Source: Pseudomonadota bacterium (lineage in GTDB: Bacteria > Pseudomonadota > Alphaproteobacteria > ATCC43930 > CGMCC-115725). From it: DNA of 51,743 nucleotides. Both the position numbers and the translations under genes were made by a program. Location of the stretch: positions 1 to 51,743 of the forward strand of contig JBKOVT010000120.1 of assembly GCA_046724035.1 (NCBI GenBank). The letters run 5' to 3'. The notes below the pieces were generated by a model. The model did no database searches, was not told where the DNA came from, and worked only from the letters and a program-made list of their open reading frames with translations. This document shows positions 46,168-51,743 of this stretch, one piece after another (the stretch's first letter is position 1; each line of letters begins with the position of its first letter).

Positions 46168-46590
46168 CTACGGTCGAAGGTTCGACCAATCCGGGCGATC
46201 AAAAGCCGCACGCACCTTTTCGGCAACATAGCTCGGCGCCAATGTCCATAGTGCTTTTCGACCATGCGGGTATCGGCGTGGCGGACCGGGACGGTGGGTC
46301 GGATTTAAGCAAAATGCTCTGCGCGCCAGCTATTCTGCTGGCGAGTGTATCCTCCCCATGTTGGCCCCTCCCGAAATAACCTGGGGGTCGTTCTCTGCCA
46401 AGATGGAAGCACCTTTCGAGACAGAGTTCCTTATTCCGCGCATCGGCCAATTGTAGACACAGGCGGCCGATCTCCCGGAACGAAGCGCGGCGCAAGCGCA
46501 GATCGAGGAACTCGCTTGCAAGCTGTCCGACTACGTCTCGGGGCTTTACCAGAAACAACCAAAGGGCGGAAGCGCGTCGCCGACGCAAAT
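46168..46590 (-). pseudogene. tyrosine recombinase remnant (C-terminal part)
   Basis: The minus strand reads RHADTRMVEKHYGH, shift, then LAPSYVAEKVRAAFD..., stop at 46168-46170. Upstream pieces are weakly catalytic-domain-like. Confidence 0.55.
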
Positions 46591-46694
46591 CGGTGTTTGT
46601 GAACGAGAGGCCGATCCTGACCCGATAAGCGTTGTGGCGATCTCAGGAAAATTCAGAGACCGGTTACGGATCCGTAAAAGATCGGCGGCAGTTT

Positions 46695-47369
46695 ATGCTG
46701 GGCCGGGTAATGTCTCGGAAGGCCATACAGATCATACAACCGTGCTCGTGGGTGGACCCGCCGGACGTCGTCGCTGCCGAAATGGCGGCTGAAGGAGCCA
46801 GCGATCGGATTGTTGCCGAGCGGCTGGGGATCGATCGGATGGCGGCACGCCGGCATCGGATAAATCACGTCGTCGCTCCCGCAAAGGCTTTGGCCGCAGC
46901 TGCCAACAAGGGGGCCGACGTGCGCGAACAGAGCGAGCAGGCGCTAGCTCTCGCCGAACAAGGCGACCCTTCAGCCTTCCTCGCCCTGGCAGGCATCGTG
47001 AACGACCTGAAGAAGGTCCACGATCGCCTGGAGCGCACCGCCGACGCGGCGGAGCAGGACAACCAGCGCCTCGCGGGCGCGAGCCTGTCGAGCCAGCAGC
47101 TCCGCGCCGCTGAGGTGCGAGCGAAGATCGGCGGTGTCGGTGCTTATTCGCCTCAGAAGCAGAGCGGTAGCGGCGAGGCGCCCACATTCAGCATCACGAT
47201 GATTTTCGGCGACAGAGCGGAGCGCCTCGATATGACGGCCGCGGAGCCCGCGCTGGGAACGACGATCGATATGCCGCCGGGTCAGCCAGCCACTACGCTA
47301 GTAGAAATCCCGGATATGCGGCCTGACACGAGTGGTGAAGCAGACGCGGTGTTCGACGAGGATCTTTGA
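46695..47369 (+). CDS. hypothetical protein with HTH-like N-terminus and coiled-coil
   Basis: ASDRIVAERLGIDRMAARRHRINHV, then a helical region and an acidic C-terminus. Start uncertain (46695 or 46710). Confidence 0.45.
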   Translation: MLGRVMSRKAIQIIQPCSWVDPPDVVAAEMAAEGASDRIVAERLGIDRMAARRHRINHVVAPAKALAAAANKGADVREQSEQALALAEQGDPSAFLALAGIVNDLKKVHDRLERTADAAEQDNQRLAGASLSSQQLRAAEVRAKIGGVGAYSPQKQSGSGEAPTFSITMIFGDRAERLDMTAAEPALGTTIDMPPGQPATTLVEIPDMRPDTSGEADAVFDEDL

Positions 47370-47383
47370 CGCTAGGTGCCGCG

Positions 47384-47683
47384 CTAATCCTGCGGTTTGT
47401 GCTCGCGCATTGTATGAGCTGAGAATCGGCGGTTTAGCACGGTGATGGCGCTAGGCTCCATGCGCGAACGCCGCTCTGACCCGATATATTCGCTGTGAAA
47501 TATCCAATCGCTGCCCGGCACCGGGTTCCGCAAGCGGTAGGCTGTTATCCTCTGATCTTCGGCTGTATTGACGAGGAAAACGGCATTTGCCTGCACAACT
47601 GCTTCAACGTCGTCCGGCGCGTCGAAAGTCCGGCCGACCAATACACGCTCGCCTCGAAAGAGATCCATTACATAGCGTGGCAC
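47384..47683 (-). CDS. hypothetical protein (99 aa)
   Basis: ORF with plausible composition; no family recognised. Confidence 0.4.
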   Translation of the reverse strand: MPRYVMDLFRGERVLVGRTFDAPDDVEAVVQANAVFLVNTAEDQRITAYRLRNPVPGSDWIFHSEYIGSERRSRMEPSAITVLNRRFSAHTMREHKPQD

Positions 47684-47754
47684 AGCACCCCCTTCGGATT
47701 TCCAGCAGCATAGGAGGGGATGGTTGCGAGTGATAGCCGTTTTTCACTGTTTGC

Positions 47755-48393
47755 CTAGGCGGCAAATTCGTCTTGGGGTAGCCGATAGCACTTCGTTTCG
47801 GCCCCCTCGCCGACTAGCTTCAATCGCCCGTCCACTGCCATAGCCCGCATGTTGATGGCGACCTGTTCGGCAGGAGCAAATCCTTCCAGCCTCGACGCCA
47901 TCTCGGTGTTAGTAAGCGGGCGCGGGTCTAAATCGTGCATGACCGCAAGTATCTTGCTCTGAACTTCGTTAGCCGACTTGCCGTGCCGGTGATGATTGCC
48001 CGTACAGGAGTCGGTCTCGTGAGTTTGCCGCACTTGGTTCAAAAGCTCTGACACCGCCTCGATAAGAGCATCGAACTCAAAGGGCTTCCGCAGCACGGCA
48101 TCGGCGCCAAGCTCGCGCGCGACATGCAGGTAAAGGTCATTCCCCGCGACCCCCGACACGGCGAGGATCGCTATGTGAGGTTCTTTCTGCCGCAGTTCCA
48201 TAATGACCTCGACGCCTTCCTTCTCCGGCATCATGAGATCTGTCACCACGACAGCCGGCTGATATTTTCGAGCCAGAGCGATACCGTTCGCGCCGTTCTC
48301 AGCTTCTCGGACGCGATGACCAGCGGTTTCCAGCGTCGCGGTCATGACCTCACGGCTGACCGCGTCATCATCAATAACAAGTACGTCCGCCAT
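47755..48393 (-). CDS. response regulator: receiver domain plus C-terminal winged-helix-like domain
   Basis: VLVIDDDAVSREVM...VVVTDLMMPEKEGVEVIMELR...ILAVSG...ADAVLRKPF, then ~80 aa (SKILAVMHDLDPRPLTNTEMASRL...RLKLVGEG). Confidence 0.85.
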   Translation of the reverse strand: MADVLVIDDDAVSREVMTATLETAGHRVREAENGANGIALARKYQPAVVVTDLMMPEKEGVEVIMELRQKEPHIAILAVSGVAGNDLYLHVARELGADAVLRKPFEFDALIEAVSELLNQVRQTHETDSCTGNHHRHGKSANEVQSKILAVMHDLDPRPLTNTEMASRLEGFAPAEQVAINMRAMAVDGRLKLVGEGAETKCYRLPQDEFAA

Positions 48394-48654
48394 TCGACAA
48401 CCCGTGAACTAGGTCCGATTTGAACGAGTTACAAAACGCTGCCATAACGGTGACTCGTTCGTTCTTTATTTACAGTTAATACGAGCCCGCGCCACGGGCG
48501 CGGATTTGCTGGATCATGACGCTTTTTGCCGGGGGATTCGGTTCACCACTCCACAAATAAAAACCTCTGGAAGTGATCTCCCTCACATTGCTTCAATGTT
48601 GGAAGAAGGTAATTGTGCCTGCACACACCGGAGCCATGGCCGCGGCCAACGGAC

Positions 48655-48972
48655 ATGAAGCGAGAAAACGAACCTAGTGACGAAGCTGTCGAGCATGGGC
48701 CGGTGTACCTCGCGATAGAGCGCGCGCTTTGGGTGCTCGGTCCGGCTCTGATACTGCTTACGTTGCTGAATGTTCCGGGGATGCACGCTGCGCGAGAGCA
48801 GACCGAAGCGCAGCTTGCCGCAGATGTCAGCGCAGAGAACCTAGAGTATTGCGCGAGATGGGGGATGCCCGCTGGAACCGCTCAATACCTAGACTGCATT
48901 CGGGATCTCGTCGCGATTCGGGCGAGAGCTGAGCAGCGCCTTCGGGACAGTATCGCCGCCTCTGATCTTTAA
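48655..48972 (+). CDS. hypothetical membrane protein
   Basis: One TM helix (LWVLGPALILLTLLNV) and a C-terminal YCARWGMPAGTAQYLDCIRDL motif. Start uncertain. Confidence 0.4.
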   Translation: MKRENEPSDEAVEHGPVYLAIERALWVLGPALILLTLLNVPGMHAAREQTEAQLAADVSAENLEYCARWGMPAGTAQYLDCIRDLVAIRARAEQRLRDSIAASDL

Positions 48973-49164
48973 CGGCTGCGGTTCATGCTGGGTCCGCCCG
49001 CATAAAAGCTTTCTTGATAAGCTGCGGCGCAGCCTCCGTGCCGCTGGCTCACGCCAACGGCCAGTAAGCTAGCGCGGACAGGCACCCCGCCGTTCTCTCA
49101 ATGCGGCGAGGTGTTTGCCCTCAATATGCGATACCGCTTCCGAGGTAGATGGCGCGCCGGTTGT

Positions 49165-49452
49165 TTAGAGCGCGAAAGATCGCATAACTTCGGCTTTCAT
49201 CCAAACCTCCTCAGCGACCTCGGCGATCTCCAGCACAATGCCTGCGGATTGCGGGTGCCCCGTTCGGTGAGCGTCGGCCGCAGCGACGTGTAGTCGCCAG
49301 ATTCCTGAGATACCGTTGCGAGCCAGAACTGACCGGGCAATTTTCTCGATCGTGGTGCGCGGCACGGTTACGGTCATCATTGCCTCGTCCTCTATTGCCG
49401 CAGAAATCCACAGCGCCAGGGCTATTACGCCGACGAGAAATACGGCGGTCAT
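49165..49452 (-). CDS. paralog family C (copy 2)
   Basis: See 31660..31941. An alternative start at 49380 (GAGGACGAGGCA, then ATGATG) would remove the N-terminal TM helix. Confidence 0.55.
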   Translation of the reverse strand: MTAVFLVGVIALALWISAAIEDEAMMTVTVPRTTIEKIARSVLARNGISGIWRLHVAAADAHRTGHPQSAGIVLEIAEVAEEVWMKAEVMRSFAL

Positions 49453-49625
49453 TCCAAGGGCGATTACCGACGCGCTTGGTCCGGCGTCATCGAGTTCATT
49501 GCCGGATTGTCGCGAAGAAGAATTAAAAGAACCTTCAATTTTTGAATTAATTCGAGCTTATCCGCCAGATCGCGTTTTTCAAGTAACGACGCAGCCGCAT
49601 CGGCTACGGTCTGCGCCGGCTACGG

Positions 49626-50570
49626 TTAACCGGGTCGCCGGATTTCACGCGCTGGCTTGTCCTCGCGCACGCCCTTATAGATGACCTGGCGCATCAAGCC
49701 CTGATCGGTCCAGGCGAGATAATTCACCTGCACGACCAGCTCGGGCCGTACCCAGTGTACCCGCGACAGCTCGAGCGGCGCGCCGAAATGGCTCGTGCGC
49801 GGCGGCGCTTCGGCTAGCGGCATCTTTTTTACCGCGAGGGGCTGTAGCCGACGATACAGCCTTTCGAGTTCGGCATCGGCAATGCCCGAGCCAGCGCGGC
49901 CGGCGTAATGCAGCCAGCCGGCGTCGTCGTAATAACCGAGGAGCAATGAGCCGAGATACGGCCGGCTGCCCTCCGGCTCGCTCCAACCGACGACAATGAA
50001 CTCATCGGTATTGAGGCACTTTGTCTTTTGCCAAAGGCCGCGGTCGCCGGGCACGTAAGGCGCATCGACGCGCTTCGATACGATGCCTTCCAGCCCGCCG
50101 CGCTCGCACGCCACTTTGAAAAACTCCGGCCCGCGACCCTGTTGATGATCGCTGTATTGCAGCTCGCCGCCGGCGCCCGTCAGCAGCTCGGCAAGGTGCG
50201 CCTTGCGCCCGGTAAGCGGTTGGCCGCTCAGATCTTCGCCATCGAGAAACAACAGGTCGAAGAGGAAGAAGACCAGCGCCGCGTCGCGGTGGAACTGGTG
50301 CGCGGTCTGAACCAGGTCAAAGGATATCGTGCCATCCGGCCGCACGCCGCAGAGTTCGCCATCGAGGTATGCTTGCGACGCCGGCAGCTCTTTCACGGCG
50401 GCGGCGATCGTCGGGTATTTGCGGGTCCAATCGAGCCCGGTGCGCGTCAGCAGCTGCACGTCGCCGTGATCGAGGCGCGCGTGCATTCGGTAGCCGTCGA
50501 ACTTGATCTCGTGCAGCCACTCCGCGCCGGCCGGCGGCTCTTTGACGAGTTTACTGAGCTGCGGCTTCAC
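49626..50570 (-). CDS. ATP-dependent DNA ligase (LigD ligase-domain-only type)
   Basis: Motif I EIKFDGYR, then LDGELC, FDLLFLDGEDL, EGIVSKR, WQKTK; OB-fold C-terminus. 314 aa. No polymerase or phosphoesterase domain is attached. Confidence 0.9.
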   Translation of the reverse strand: MKPQLSKLVKEPPAGAEWLHEIKFDGYRMHARLDHGDVQLLTRTGLDWTRKYPTIAAAVKELPASQAYLDGELCGVRPDGTISFDLVQTAHQFHRDAALVFFLFDLLFLDGEDLSGQPLTGRKAHLAELLTGAGGELQYSDHQQGRGPEFFKVACERGGLEGIVSKRVDAPYVPGDRGLWQKTKCLNTDEFIVVGWSEPEGSRPYLGSLLLGYYDDAGWLHYAGRAGSGIADAELERLYRRLQPLAVKKMPLAEAPPRTSHFGAPLELSRVHWVRPELVVQVNYLAWTDQGLMRQVIYKGVREDKPAREIRRPG

Positions 50571-50639
50571 GAAGCCCGGCAGGACCGCGGACGGCGAGCG
50601 GTGGCGGGGGCGCGCTGTGAGCTCGTTGGCACCGGATGC

Positions 50640-50870
50640 TCAGCGCAAATCGGCTAACCGCACCCGGTAGACGCGTTCGGCGCTTACGACCTCGGCGTGC
50701 ACATCATCGCCGACGTAACGGCGGAACACGCCTGTCCGCGCCTGCCAACGCACCTAATCGCCAGGCTTCCAAACCGGCGCTACTTGTTTCGGGAGTGCTG
50801 CGGCGCGCCGGGTGTTGCGCTGGCTTGCTTTCCGCGGCTCGCCGCCGCGTAGCCGCGCTCTACCGGACAT
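50640..50870 (-). pseudogene. small ORF interrupted by an in-frame TAG
   Basis: MSGRARLRGGEPRK...VAPVWKPGD, TAG at 50754-50756, then VRWQARTGVFRRYVGDDVHAEVVSAERVYRVRLADLR. Family not recognised. Confidence 0.3.
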
Positions 50871-50986
50871 GGGCGATCCCTTCAGGGCGCGCGACGGGCA
50901 CTTCAGCGTATTCTTCGGCGGTAAGATCTGGCAGGGGCATTGACCCGAATATGGTAACGCCGCGCGGCAAAGGCGAGTCGGAGCCG

Positions 50987-51190
50987 ATGACGCTTGGCCA
51001 AGCGCTCGCCGCGCATGTCCGGCTGATCGTGTGGTGCCAGGGCTGTAATCACCGGGGTGAGCCCGATCTCGCCACCCAGGTCGCCCAGCAGGGCTCGGGA
51101 ATGCCCGTTCCTGAATGGGCGCGGCTGTTGCGGTGTACGGAATGCGGCGGGCGGGATGCGGATTTTGTCGTCAGCGGTGCGAAACGCTAG
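50987..51190 (+). CDS. zinc-ribbon small protein, paralog family D (intact copy)
   Basis: GGAG RBS. MTLGQALAAHVRLIVWCQGCNHRGEPDLATQVAQQGSGMPVPEWARLLRCTECGGRDADFVVSGAKR (CxxC...CxxC). Confidence 0.6.
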   Translation: MTLGQALAAHVRLIVWCQGCNHRGEPDLATQVAQQGSGMPVPEWARLLRCTECGGRDADFVVSGAKR

Positions 51191-51450
51191 CGGCGCCGTC
51201 GCCTTTTGAACCGCGCCCGATAGAACTCCACGATTAAGACGCGGATCGCCGCACTCAAATTCAGGTCGTGCGGACGTTCGCGGCTAAGCTCCAGGATAAT
51301 GTCATCAACCGTCTTGTCCTGATCCTGAGCGATATCGGCAAGGGCCTCCCACATGACAGCTTCCTACCGTAAGCTAGTCCTGCGGGGGCCGAGATAGATG
51401 TTGCGCGGCGCGACGCGCCCACCACTAAAAAGTTTGCTCCTCCGCCTCAT
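51187..51450 (-). pseudogene. ribbon-helix-helix (RHH_7-like) protein with an in-frame TAG
   Basis: MRRRSKLFSGGRVAPRNIYLGPRRTSLR, TAG at 51364-51366, then EAVMWEALADIAQDQDKTVDDIILELSRERPHDLNLSAAIRVLIVEFYR. Homologs read TS(L/I)RLE..FW.AL at this point. Confidence 0.55.
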
Positions 51451-51743
51451 GAACCGAGCGTACCGCGATCCGATAATAGTGCCTGTTACAATTTGGCTTT
51501 TCTGTCGATTACGATGGTATGCGGGGTCGGCGAACGAATCGCTAACATCCATTGCGCGGGCGTGTCTTTCCGTGCGGGTTAGCCTCAGCGGACGGACGCC
51601 GTACCGAAGATGGCCGGAGCGGGCATCGAGGAGATCCGCCCCGGCCAAATTTGCGTTGTCGCTAAAGGAGACCCGGGCGGGCACCCAGAGAAGGTAATCG
51701 GCCCGCCCGGCCTGCGTCGGCCCTCGCGGTGGGGTGACGCGAG

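Larger units (their letters stand above)
9683..51743. mobile_element. mosaic integrated genomic island; left end at the panE junction, right end not recognised within the window
   Basis: Recombinase at the junction with a truncated host gene. To the right there are only accessory, phage or regulatory genes, several integrase remnants, patchy GC and many pseudogenes. Confidence 0.5.

Noticed and set aside
1-51743. tRNA, rRNA, tmRNA or IS transposase genes as integration targets or mobile parts.
   Set aside because: Scanning both strands by eye showed no T-loop/acceptor-type tRNA signatures, no rRNA-like stretches and no DDE or HUH transposase-like ORFs. A tRNAscan/Infernal run would be needed to be certain.

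Overview
High-GC, alphaproteobacterial-looking (Rhizobiales-like; inference from protein families) chromosomal segment in two parts. (1) Positions 1-9.2 kb are an ordinary, fully intact core block: malQ 3' end, treY, a molybdopterin oxidoreductase, an FAD oxidoreductase, alanine dehydrogenase, a SAM methyltransferase and a lipoprotein. (2) From about 9.68 kb to the window end lies a mosaic accessory island. Its left edge is a 624-aa large serine recombinase sitting directly against a panE-like ketopantoate reductase gene that has lost its N-terminal half. The island carries a two-module adenine methyltransferase broken at a C7 tract, a phage terS-like gene, remnants of at least three tyrosine integrases, and a nucleoid-protein cluster (MarR, a histone-H1-like KTAAR-repeat protein, two divergent MucR/Ros genes). 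It also carries a c-di-GMP / His-Asp signalling cluster (PAS_5, degenerate GGDEF, tandem PilZ, J-domain protein, DUF1153, PAS histidine kinase, two receiver proteins) and a stand-alone ATP-dependent DNA ligase. Four small-protein families occur in 2-3 copies each, and a roughly 255-nt non-coding element occurs twice. The island is very rich in frameshifted, nonsense-interrupted or truncated genes, whereas the core block has none. I recognised no rRNA, tRNA, CRISPR array or transposase. All family assignments come from reading motifs in the supplied translations; no searches were run.
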